Shown: positions 7,613 through 15,817 of the stretch, piece after piece | Layout of the letters: every line of letters starts with the position of its first letter | Numbering within the stretch: the stretch's first letter is position 1 | DNA from: Spirochaetaceae bacterium | Lineage (GTDB): Bacteria > Spirochaetota > Spirochaetia > DSM-27196 > SKKC01 | NCBI GenBank assembly: GCA_007694005.1 | Contig: RECN01000017.1 | Coordinates: forward strand, 1 to 27,192 | Direction: 5' to 3' | DNA: 27,192 bases | Program-made: the position numbers and the translations under genes | Notes under the pieces: model-generated | Seen by the model: the letters and a program-made list of their open reading frames with translations, nothing else | Told to the model about the DNA's origin: nothing | Database searches by the model: none

Positions 7613-8455
7613 TCATATCGCGAGGCGAAGAAACGCCCGGTCATCGAAAGACAGGTTCCCACGTGTAACTCCTTTCGTCGAGCGGTGCAGACGGTACATC
7701 AGGGGATCCTCGTCGAGCATCCGCTGAAGCGACTGCTCGCTCTCTGCGAGCGTCCGCTCGAGTTCCGGGTATCCGTCACTGCCGAGCATCAGCTCCGTAG
7801 CGGACCGTGCAACTGGAATACAACGTCGGTTCGACAGTTCGGTAAAGTACCCGTCAAGCACGGAGTACGAGAAATCGGAGCGGTATCGCTGGTTCTGAAA
7901 GCCGTGCTGCATTTTCAGAAAGGGCAGAATGAGCTCGCGCGACCGGTCGTGCTCCAGAAGCGACTGTTCGGTCACCCCCGAGGCGAGAAGGTCCTCAATG
8001 ACATACGATCGGAGTTCGGAGAAGAGGAAATCTATGCGCTTGTCGTGTCCGAAGACCGAATACTCGGTTCGTGCGCGGCAATCACCGACCATCCACAGTT
8101 CACGAAGCGGTTCACAATACACCACAAGCGAAGCACTCGCCCGAAGCTCGGGATTCTGCTGTGCGTCCTCGTACATACCTGAGGCCCGATACCAGGCCGC
8201 AATCGCTTCATTCAGGGTTTCGAGAACCCGGGAGGAGTCCATCTGATCGGGATCGACGGTAGAGTCGATGTCCTCTATCGCTTCAAGAACGAGATCGCGC
8301 GCGAGTCGTCCTGGCGTTTTCCCGTCGTACAGCAGGGTCCCCTTACTCGTTGCCCCGTCTACAATCGCAGCAAGATTCCTGCCTGCAAAAATACCGTCTT
8401 CACAGGACGCGGTGTCGCCGTTTTTTGATTGCAGAAACTTCTCTATAACGTGCAC
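7613..8455 (-). CDS. PP2C-family (PPM / PP2C_2-like) phosphatase-domain protein, small and divergent
   Basis: 280 aa with GTG start. The motif layout matches bacterial PP2C (e.g. PrpC/Stp1): CEDGIFAG...AAIVDGATSKG (cf. NEDD....VADGMGGH), ...LGSDGY... (cf. SDGL), and C-terminal ...SFDDRAFLRL (cf. DNiTvvv). The metal-site glycine-rich motif is altered (DGATSKG). It lies upstream of the DeoR regulator and is co-oriented with it. Confidence 0.45.
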   Translation of the reverse strand: MHVIEKFLQSKNGDTASCEDGIFAGRNLAAIVDGATSKGTLLYDGKTPGRLARDLVLEAIEDIDSTVDPDQMDSSRVLETLNEAIAAWYRASGMYEDAQQNPELRASASLVVYCEPLRELWMVGDCRARTEYSVFGHDKRIDFLFSELRSYVIEDLLASGVTEQSLLEHDRSRELILPFLKMQHGFQNQRYRSDFSYSVLDGYFTELSNRRCIPVARSATELMLGSDGYPELERTLAESEQSLQRMLDEDPLMYRLHRSTKGVTRGNLSFDDRAFLRLAI

Positions 8456-8472
8456 GCGACCCCCAATATGAT

Positions 8473-8527
8473 TTAACGAAAGAAAACGTAACCTTACGAA
8501 AGTATACTGTGCTTTGATAATTTCGTA
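8473..8527. promoter_or_regulatory. Array of phased direct repeats ACGAAAG / ACGTAAC / ACGAAAG (10-bp spacing) plus two GTATAC palindromes in an AT-rich divergent intergenic region
   Basis: Seen directly in the sequence: ACGAAAG at 8473 and 8493, ACGTAAC at 8483, GTATAC at 8499 and 8522. It lies 18-70 nt upstream of the PP2C-like/DeoR operon start. DeoR-family regulators often bind helically phased direct repeats. Confidence 0.3.
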
Positions 8528-8655
8528 TACGAGAAAAACACGAGATTTTTATGCCCCCCGCGGTCAGCAACAGTGGTATCGTAGGAAAGAAATCATTAAT
8601 GTGAGATTCAGCGAGAAATAAAGAACTCTCGTTCACAATATTCACGGAGGTTCTT

Positions 8656-10548
8656 ATGGGAACATACGATATTAAATACGGCCTGCCGGCCGACACGAAG
8701 GCAATCCTTGATGCCGCACCGGCTGTAACAGTCGCCCAGTCGATTGATCACCTGATGACCCTTTCCACCTGTAATGAAGAACATGGATGGCACATGGTCG
8801 GTTACGATGTCCCGGGAAAGGGCCACGTGATGGAGGCAAAGGTCTGCAAGGTAACCAACGGTGTTGCAGCGAACTACCTCGAACCTTACATGCGCCGACG
8901 GGACCCCGACTGCATGGTGATCGGAGACGAGAAACCGACCGATAAAGCCCGATTCAAGGACCGGTTCGGCACCCCCTTTGATCCGCTGAGAAAAGAGAGC
9001 TTCGAGTGGCTCAAGACGCAGGAGCTTGCGGTCTTTCCCTTTATCGCAGGCGTCGACGACAAGGGACTGCACGCCTTCGTAGTTGCGCCGGCCAATGCGG
9101 GGTTCTTCGCCCTCGGGCTCGCCCTGTTGCAGGGTCTCATTGAACCACAAAACGTACCGTCCGGGTTCGACCCCAAAGCGGTTATCTACGTTGCGCCCCC
9201 GTTCCGTCATACCCACTTTGACGGAAAACAGGTTGTCGTTCATAACCGCACAGACGATCTGCACGAGCTGTTCAGTTACAACCTCTATCCCGGTCCCAGT
9301 GCAAAGAAGGGTATTTACGGGGTACTCCTGAATCTCGGCGAAGACGAGAAGTGGGTTACCATGCACTGCTCAACCGCAGAAATAATTACCCCGTATGAGA
9401 ACAAGATCACCATTTCTCACGAAGGCGCGAGCGGAGGCGGCAAGAGCGAGATGCTCGAACAGGTTCACCGCGAACCCGACGGGGAACTCCTGCTCGGGCA
9501 AAACCTCGTTACCGGCGAACGTCGGACCCTCACGCTGCCACAGAGCTGCCGGATCCGCCCGGTCACCGACGACATGGCGCTGTGCCACCCGTCGCTTCGC
9601 AAAGACAAGGGAAAACTCAGCCTCATGGACGCCGAGGACGCCTGGTTCGTGCGTGTGAACCATATTGAACATTATGGTGTCGACCCGCACCTCGAAAAAC
9701 TGACCATACATCCGCCTGAGAAGATCCTGTTTCTCAACATCGATGCACAACCCGACTCAACCGCGTTGATCTGGAATCACATACAGGACGAGCCGGGAGT
9801 TTCCTGCCCCAATCCTCGTGTCGTCATTCCCCGGGATATCGTGCCGGATGTCGTACACCGACCGGTCGACGTCGACATTCGCAGCTTCGGCGTGAGGTGC
9901 CCACCGTGCACCAGCGAGAAGCCGACCTACGGCATACTTGGCATGTTCCATATACTGCCTCCGGCACTCGCATGGCTGTGGCGGCTTACCGCTCCGCGCG
10001 GGCACGCAAACCCGAGCATCGTTGACACCGGCGGCATGTCTTCCGAAGGCGTTGGATCCTACTGGCCCTTTGCGACCGGCCGTAAAGTCGATCAGGCGAA
10101 CCTGCTGCTCGACCAGATTATCGATACTCCGCGCGTGAAGTTCATTCTGGTTCCGAACCAGCACATCGGTGCGTGGAAGGTCAGCTTCATGCCTCAGTGG
10201 ATTACCCGCGAGTACCTTGCCCGCCGCGGCGGTGCAAAGTTCGAGAAAAAGAGCGTCAAAGAAGCGAAGTGTCCGCTCCTTGGGTATCTCCCGAGTTCCA
10301 TTCTCGTCGAAGGCCGCCCCATAGGCAGCTGGTTCTTCGAGGTCGACAAGCAGCCCGAGGTAGGTCTGGAAGCGTATCAGGCCGGCGCAAAGATCCTGAC
10401 CGATTTCTTCCATCGGGAGCTCAACGGCTTTCTGCACAACGATCTGATGCCCGTAGGTCGGAAGATCATCGAGTGCTGCCTCGACGGCGGATCGGTTACC
10501 GACTATGAGGCGCTTCTTCCGCACGAAGTGCTCGTTGACGAATACTAA
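8656..10548 (+). CDS. DUF4914-like protein with HPr-kinase/PEP-carboxykinase-type P-loop
   Basis: 630 aa with strong RBS (GGAGG 7 nt upstream). Walker-A-like ISHEGASGGGKSEM matches the G-x-S-G-x-G-K-S-E loop of HPrK/P and PEPCK-fold kinases. The length and overall sequence are reminiscent of the DUF4914 family (recalled from memory, not searched). Confidence 0.6.
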   Translation: MGTYDIKYGLPADTKAILDAAPAVTVAQSIDHLMTLSTCNEEHGWHMVGYDVPGKGHVMEAKVCKVTNGVAANYLEPYMRRRDPDCMVIGDEKPTDKARFKDRFGTPFDPLRKESFEWLKTQELAVFPFIAGVDDKGLHAFVVAPANAGFFALGLALLQGLIEPQNVPSGFDPKAVIYVAPPFRHTHFDGKQVVVHNRTDDLHELFSYNLYPGPSAKKGIYGVLLNLGEDEKWVTMHCSTAEIITPYENKITISHEGASGGGKSEMLEQVHREPDGELLLGQNLVTGERRTLTLPQSCRIRPVTDDMALCHPSLRKDKGKLSLMDAEDAWFVRVNHIEHYGVDPHLEKLTIHPPEKILFLNIDAQPDSTALIWNHIQDEPGVSCPNPRVVIPRDIVPDVVHRPVDVDIRSFGVRCPPCTSEKPTYGILGMFHILPPALAWLWRLTAPRGHANPSIVDTGGMSSEGVGSYWPFATGRKVDQANLLLDQIIDTPRVKFILVPNQHIGAWKVSFMPQWITREYLARRGGAKFEKKSVKEAKCPLLGYLPSSILVEGRPIGSWFFEVDKQPEVGLEAYQAGAKILTDFFHRELNGFLHNDLMPVGRKIIECCLDGGSVTDYEALLPHEVLVDEY

Positions 10549-10568
10549 GACGAGTCCGGCGCCTATCA

Positions 10569-10624
10569 GCCCCGCACGCTGCCACCCGCCCCCGGGAGGT
10601 CAGCGCCGCGGGGCTTTTTTATTT
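10569..10624 (+). terminator. Rho-independent terminator after the DUF4914-like gene
   Basis: GC-rich stem GCCCCGCacGCTG...CAGCgcCGCGGGGC (10569-10581 paired with 10601-10614) is followed by TTTTTTATTT (10615-10624). Confidence 0.7.
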
Positions 10625-10655
10625 CCCCGACATCTTCTGTTCGGATAGACTCCAG

Positions 10656-11852
10656 GTGCTTATGGGTATGCACACCACACCGTGGCCAGTCCGACGCCTT
10701 GTGCGGACCTATTATCTGTTCTCGTTCTTCGGGGATTTCGCGCTCGTATACCCGGTGTACGCAATACTGTTTCGGGAGCAGGGTCTGGACTACGGACAGA
10801 TCTCCCTGCTGTTTGCCATCTGGTCGGGCGCCGTGCTTCTGGTGGAAATCCCTTCAGGGATCCTGGCAGATCGCTGGAGCAGAAAATGGTCGCTTGTCAC
10901 TGGCATGATGTTCAAGGCGGCAGGGTTTCTCGTCTGGCTCGTTCGCCCTGATTTTGCGGGGTTCGCCGTCGGCTTTGTCTTATGGGGCCTGCAGGAAGCG
11001 CTTTGCAGCGGAACGACCGAGGCTTTCCTTTACGATGCGCTTGCTCAGCACAGCGCGTCGCAACGGTTCGTACGAACAGCCGGTCGCGGATCCGCTATGG
11101 GTCGCGCCGGAATCATTCTCTCGCTTCTTCTCGGTGCATGGACCTACAGCAGACTCCCGACGCTGGTCCTCGTGATCTCAGCGATCGCGATGCTTGTGGC
11201 AGGTCTCTGCGCAGCATCGTTCCCGGACGTACGCGCAGTCCGCGGGAAGGCACCTCATCAGGGGCTTGTCGCGCAGATACGCGAGGCAGCACTGGTTCCC
11301 GGGCTGCTCGTTCTCGTGGTCTTCGGCAGCCTCGCCGCGGCGGTTTATGGAGTGCTTGACGAATACGACTCTTTGCTCGCTCGCGACTTCGGTGTGCCAC
11401 TCGCGCTCATTGGTGTCTGGGGAACGATACGGTTCGGTATGGAAGCTCTCGGAGCAGAGCTCTCAGAGAAAATCACCCGGCGGCTCACGCTCGACAGGCT
11501 CCGGCGGCATGCGGTATGGCTGCTCGTCGCCGCAGTTGCGCTGTTTCTGTCGGTATATCGATTACGCGCGGCGGTTCTTCCACTGTACTTCATCTTCTAT
11601 TTTATGCTGTCTTCCTCCGAAGTGATCATGCAGGGCTGGATACACACCCGCATCGCTTCAGAAGGACGCGCAACCATCGGATCGGTCGTATCGTTCGTCT
11701 ACGAAGCGCTTGGTCTCCTGATTCTGCTTTCAGCCGTTCCCGCAGCCACCGCCGGAGGCCTTCGTGCCGTCTTCATCGGTGGGGCCGCTTTGAGCGGCCT
11801 GTCGGCTGTTGCATTGTTCGTCGCCGCCTCGCGAACCGGCGACGCTGCATAA
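10656..11852 (+). CDS. MFS (major facilitator superfamily) transporter
   Basis: ~398 aa with about 12 predicted TM segments. N-terminal region YYLFSFFGDFALVYPVYAILFREQGLDYGQISLLFAIWSGAVLLVEIPSGILADRWSRK is typical MFS (motif A-like DRWSRK). The start may be GTG 10656 or ATG 10662/10668. Confidence 0.85.
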   Translation: MLMGMHTTPWPVRRLVRTYYLFSFFGDFALVYPVYAILFREQGLDYGQISLLFAIWSGAVLLVEIPSGILADRWSRKWSLVTGMMFKAAGFLVWLVRPDFAGFAVGFVLWGLQEALCSGTTEAFLYDALAQHSASQRFVRTAGRGSAMGRAGIILSLLLGAWTYSRLPTLVLVISAIAMLVAGLCAASFPDVRAVRGKAPHQGLVAQIREAALVPGLLVLVVFGSLAAAVYGVLDEYDSLLARDFGVPLALIGVWGTIRFGMEALGAELSEKITRRLTLDRLRRHAVWLLVAAVALFLSVYRLRAAVLPLYFIFYFMLSSSEVIMQGWIHTRIASEGRATIGSVVSFVYEALGLLILLSAVPAATAGGLRAVFIGGAALSGLSAVALFVAASRTGDAA

Positions 11853-11881
11853 CTCGGGACTGTCACGATATACTCCAGGGT

Positions 11882-14449
11882 ATGACATCGCGACGCACCA
11901 GCGGTATGCCCGCTCTCGACCACTGCATAGACTCGCTCATACCGGGTGACAACGTCGTGTTTCGCTTCGACGGTATCGAGCTCTACGCGACCGTCTGCCG
12001 GGCCCTGCGCGAAAGCTGCCGTGTCGCAGGGACGGAGCTCCACTACTTCCGCTTCGCCGGGCACGATCCCCTCGTTGACGGCACCGAAAACGTCGTACTG
12101 CACGAGGTCGACCCTTCCGACGGATTCGAGCGGGTCATCACGGAAATCCATGATGTGATTCGAAAAACCGGCATGGCAGCGACCTACATTTTTGACGTCC
12201 TTTCCGACCTCTCGGCGACCTTTTTCAGCGATCGCATGATCGGAAACTTCTTCAGCGTGACCTGCCCCTTCCTCGCCCGCCTCGACACCGTCGCCTATTT
12301 CGGGGTGGAGCGTCACGTGCACTCCCTGCACGCCATACAGCCGATACGCGATACAACGCAACTGTTTATCGATCTCTATGAGCTCGACAGCGCCATGTAT
12401 GCATCACCCTTGAAGCTGCAGTACAGAGATCGCCCCGGGCTGCTTCGCATGCATCTGCTGGAGGGTGATGAAGCTCATCCCGTGACCGACAGCACGACCC
12501 TGACACGGGTACTCTCAGCGCGCCCCTGGCCTGGCCTGTCATCTGCAAGTTACCGCATGATCGGAATATGGGACCGGACACTTCTGAAGGCGGAGCAGCT
12601 CGCAAACAGTCCCGATCTTGCGATCGGGCACCCCGACCGCAAGGCACTATTCGAGCAGACCCTGCGTCTCGTTACCGGTGCGCGGGGTGCAATGTTCGAC
12701 GTTCTCGCCCGATGTCTGAATCTGGAGGACGTCATTCGCATCTGGAAGCGCATGATCGGAACCGGCATGATCGGTGGGAAATCGAGCGGAATGCTCGCGG
12801 CGACCGCAATACTGCGAAACTCCGACGCCTCCTGGGACGCAAAACTCGAACCGCATGATTCATTCTTCATCGGTTCGGACGTGTATTACACCTATCTTGT
12901 CGAGAACGACTGCTGGTGGTTCAGACAGCTGCAGAAACACCCGAAGCATTATCTCGACCGAAACGATGAAATCCGTAACCGCATGCTTCAGGGAGAGTTT
13001 CCCGATTACATAGTTCAACGCTTTGCGGACATGCTTGACTACTTCGGCAGCTCACCGATCATCGTTCGTTCCTCGAGCCTGCTCGAAGACGCCTTCGGCA
13101 ATGCATTTGCCGGCAAGTACGACAGCATATTCTGCGCGAACCAGGGAAGCCGGGACGAACGCATGCAGGCATTCCTCGATGCAGTAAGGTGGATCTACGC
13201 AGGAACCACAAGCCGGGAGGCGCTGGAGTATCGGCGTCGCCGAGGCATACTGGACCGGGATGAACAGATGGCACTGCTCGTGCAGCGGGTATCGGGAACG
13301 CAGCACGGGGAACGGTTTTTTCCCGACATGGCAGGTGTAGGATTCTCCTTCAATCCCTACGCATGGACCAGGGAGATCGATCCCGAAGCGGGGGTTCTCA
13401 GACTGGTGTTCGGACTCGGTACGCGAGCCGTGGACCAGAACGACGACGACTACACACGCGTTGTCGCGCTCAACGCGCCGGACCTGAAACCGACTGCCGG
13501 ACCCGAAGAGGAAATGAGATATACCCAGCGAAAGATCGATCTTATCAGCCTTCCCGGGAACCGGCTCGTATCGGAAGACGCGGAAACCATTCTGCGTGAA
13601 CTCACCGAGCTGCCACGCGCGTATCTGAGCCGTACCGACCGGGATGGCCGTCGAATCGTGCGTTTCGACCGCCTGCTTGACCGCACACGCTTTGTCGGGG
13701 ATATGCGACAGATGCTCAAAACCCTGCAGGCCGCGTACGGAACACCGGTCGACGTGGAGTTCACCATCAACCTGGATACGGATGGAGCATATACGCTGAA
13801 CGTGGTTCAATGCCGCCCGCTACAGGTTCAGAGCACCGGCGGTGAGGCTCATCCCCTTCCTGATAGAGAAAGCCTGCAGACACTGATTCACACAGAAGGC
13901 GGCATCGTCGGGCACAGCCGTCACGTTCCAGTGGACCGCATCGTGATCGTGGACCCACGGTGCTACGGCCGCCTGCCGGAGCAGAAACGCTACGCTCTTG
14001 CCCGCGCGCTGAAACGGCTGACATCACGCCGCGAGGCGGATGAACGGATACTTCTCATAGGCCCGGGACGCTGGGCTACGAGCACACCATCCCTCGGTGT
14101 CCCTGTGCACGTCGAAGACATCGCCGAGGTGTCCATGCTCATGGAGGTGGACATTATGCACGACGGGCTGGTACCGGACCTGTCGCTCGGGACGCACGTG
14201 TTTCACGAAATGGTAGAAATGAACATGCTGTACATCGCACACAGCTCCCGCAAAGCCGAAAACAGCCTCGACTGGGATGCGCTTTACAGCCTGCCGATTG
14301 ACGTCGACGGGATAGAACGGGCGGTCAGCAATCTTCCTGACGATATCGCATCGTGTCTGAAAGCCTTCAATGTTTCCGCTGACGACGCAGCGGTCTGGCT
14401 GTATGCCGACGCGCGCCGTCAGGAATGCATCGTCTATACGACTCCCTGA
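11882..14449 (+). CDS. PEP/pyruvate-binding domain protein (PPDK_N-like ATP-grasp, pyruvate-water-dikinase-like N-terminal domain), 855 aa
   Basis: Starts at ATG 11882 (MTSRRTSGMPALD...); the ORF-track start at 11516 overlaps the MFS gene. Nucleotide-binding motif MIGTGMIGGKSSGMLAATAIL resembles the PPDK_N / PEP-synthase ATP-grasp (vGGKganL). The sequence also has SSSLLEDAFGNAFAGKYDS and QCRPLQ. I saw no swivelling phosphohistidine (SHAAI-type) motif, so it is not a canonical PEP synthase/PPDK or a rifampin phosphotransferase. Confidence 0.7.
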   Translation: MTSRRTSGMPALDHCIDSLIPGDNVVFRFDGIELYATVCRALRESCRVAGTELHYFRFAGHDPLVDGTENVVLHEVDPSDGFERVITEIHDVIRKTGMAATYIFDVLSDLSATFFSDRMIGNFFSVTCPFLARLDTVAYFGVERHVHSLHAIQPIRDTTQLFIDLYELDSAMYASPLKLQYRDRPGLLRMHLLEGDEAHPVTDSTTLTRVLSARPWPGLSSASYRMIGIWDRTLLKAEQLANSPDLAIGHPDRKALFEQTLRLVTGARGAMFDVLARCLNLEDVIRIWKRMIGTGMIGGKSSGMLAATAILRNSDASWDAKLEPHDSFFIGSDVYYTYLVENDCWWFRQLQKHPKHYLDRNDEIRNRMLQGEFPDYIVQRFADMLDYFGSSPIIVRSSSLLEDAFGNAFAGKYDSIFCANQGSRDERMQAFLDAVRWIYAGTTSREALEYRRRRGILDRDEQMALLVQRVSGTQHGERFFPDMAGVGFSFNPYAWTREIDPEAGVLRLVFGLGTRAVDQNDDDYTRVVALNAPDLKPTAGPEEEMRYTQRKIDLISLPGNRLVSEDAETILRELTELPRAYLSRTDRDGRRIVRFDRLLDRTRFVGDMRQMLKTLQAAYGTPVDVEFTINLDTDGAYTLNVVQCRPLQVQSTGGEAHPLPDRESLQTLIHTEGGIVGHSRHVPVDRIVIVDPRCYGRLPEQKRYALARALKRLTSRREADERILLIGPGRWATSTPSLGVPVHVEDIAEVSMLMEVDIMHDGLVPDLSLGTHVFHEMVEMNMLYIAHSSRKAENSLDWDALYSLPIDVDGIERAVSNLPDDIASCLKAFNVSADDAAVWLYADARRQECIVYTTP

Positions 14450-15771
14450 TCGAGCATTGCGTCGGCAACCCGGGTAAACCCGGCGACGTTAGCGCCAAGT
14501 ACGTAGTTCCCCGGATCTCCGAACTGCTCCGATGCAGCGTAGGCGTCCGCGTGGATCTTTTTCATGATCTCTTCGAGGCGGGAATCGACCTCCGGGTATG
14601 CCCAGTTCAGGCGCATCGCATTCTGGCTCATTTCGAGCCCCGAGACTGCAACCCCACCGGCATTTGCCGCCTTTCCCGGAGCGTACATGACTCCTGCCTG
14701 CTGCAGGATCTCAACAGCATCTGGCGTGCAGGGCATGTTGGCACCTTCGGCTACCAGGCGGCAGCCATTCTTTACCAGCGCCTGTGCGTCGGGCGCATCA
14801 AGCTCGTTCTGAGTCGCGCAGGGAAATGCCGCCGTGCAGGGAATACTCCAGGGGTTTCCGTCTTCCCGGTACTCCACGTCAAAATGTTCTGCGTATTCTC
14901 GTATACGCCCGCGCCGACGATTCTTAAGCTCCATGATCCAGGCAAGCTTCTCCTCGTTTATGCCGTCGGGGTCGTAGACGGTTCCGGCGGAGTCCGACAT
15001 GCTGACCGGCTTCGCACTAAGCTCGAGAAGCTTGCGTGCGGTAAACTGTGCGACGTTACCCGACCCGGAGATCGCGCAGACCGCACCTTCGAGGCTCTCT
15101 CCCGCGCGATTCATCATTTCCCGGGCGAAGTACACGGTACCAAAACCGGTCGCCTCCGGGCGCACGAGTGACCCTCCCCAGCCCGGTGACTTACCCGTGA
15201 GGACTCCGGTCGCCTCGTTCGCAAGACGTTTGTACTGTCCATAGAGGTACCCGATCTCGCGGGCCCCGACCCCGATATCGCCTGCGGGCACGTCGGTGTC
15301 CGGTCCTATGTGCTTCGCGAGCTCGGTCATGAAGCTCTGACAGAAACGCATAACCTCGACATCGCTTTTGCCTTTCGGGTCGAAGTCCGACCCACCTTTC
15401 CCCGCGCCAAGCGGCAGTGTCGTGAGCGCATTCTTGAAGATCTGCTCGAAGGCCAGAAATTTGAGTATGCTCAAATTTACCGTTGGGTGAAACCGCAAAC
15501 CACCCTTATACGGCCCGAGCGTGCTCGTCGCCTGAACGCGGTAGCCGCGATTGACCCGGCAGCGCCCGGCATCATCGAGCCAGGGCACCCGAAAAATGAT
15601 GGTTCGCTCGGGCTCTGACAGGCGCTCCAGAATCGCTGCATCCTCGTACTCGGGGTGTTCTTCGAGCACGGGCTCAAGCGATCGGTATACCTCCGCGACG
15701 GCCTGGTGAAACTCCGGCTGTGCCGGATCGCGTCGGGAAATCATTTCGAGAACTGAATCAACGTACTTCAT
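14434..15771 (-). CDS. gdhA: NADP-specific glutamate dehydrogenase
   Basis: 445 aa. Glu/Leu/Phe/Val-DH signature LPLGAGKGGSDFDPKGKSDVEVMRFCQSFMTEL plus GPDTDVPAGDIGVGAREIGYLYGQY. It is collinear with E. coli GdhA down to the C-terminal ...AMLDQGVV. Confidence 0.93.
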   Translation of the reverse strand: MKYVDSVLEMISRRDPAQPEFHQAVAEVYRSLEPVLEEHPEYEDAAILERLSEPERTIIFRVPWLDDAGRCRVNRGYRVQATSTLGPYKGGLRFHPTVNLSILKFLAFEQIFKNALTTLPLGAGKGGSDFDPKGKSDVEVMRFCQSFMTELAKHIGPDTDVPAGDIGVGAREIGYLYGQYKRLANEATGVLTGKSPGWGGSLVRPEATGFGTVYFAREMMNRAGESLEGAVCAISGSGNVAQFTARKLLELSAKPVSMSDSAGTVYDPDGINEEKLAWIMELKNRRRGRIREYAEHFDVEYREDGNPWSIPCTAAFPCATQNELDAPDAQALVKNGCRLVAEGANMPCTPDAVEILQQAGVMYAPGKAANAGGVAVSGLEMSQNAMRLNWAYPEVDSRLEEIMKKIHADAYAASEQFGDPGNYVLGANVAGFTRVADAMLDQGVV

Positions 15772-15817
15772 GTGTCGTGTATTATGCCACGAAGCGCCGC
15801 ATATGCAAGGAGCAGAA
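15772..15817 (-). promoter_or_regulatory. Candidate promoter for gdhA in the 46-bp gap (-35 TTGCAT, 16-nt spacer, extended -10 TGgCATAAT) ending 9 nt before the ATG; apparently leaderless or near-leaderless
   Basis: Minus strand reads TGAttctgctccTTGCATatgcggcgcttcgTGGCATAATacacgacacATG. No Shine-Dalgarno is present. Confidence 0.35.

Noticed and set aside
8551-8604. 17-codon uORF (MPPAVSNSGIVGKKSLM) upstream of the DUF4914-like gene
   Set aside because: It has no RBS and no amino-acid-rich pattern suggestive of an attenuation leader. It is probably chance.
8400-8696. 98-aa minus-strand ORF spanning the AT-rich intergenic region
   Set aside because: It overlaps the starts of both flanking genes and is AT-rich only because it sits in the promoter region. 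It has no motif support.
11516-11881. Upstream extension of the 977-aa ORF overlapping the MFS gene
   Set aside because: It overlaps the 3' third of the MFS transporter in another frame and has an Arg-rich nonsense-like sequence. The ATG at 11882, just after the MFS stop, is the likely start.
11882-14449. Calling the 855-aa protein a PEP synthase, PPDK or rifampin phosphotransferase
   Set aside because: Only the N-terminal ATP-grasp-type GGK motif is recognisable. No phosphohistidine swivel motif or PEP-binding TIM-barrel signatures were seen, so I use only the generic call 'PEP/pyruvate-binding domain protein'.
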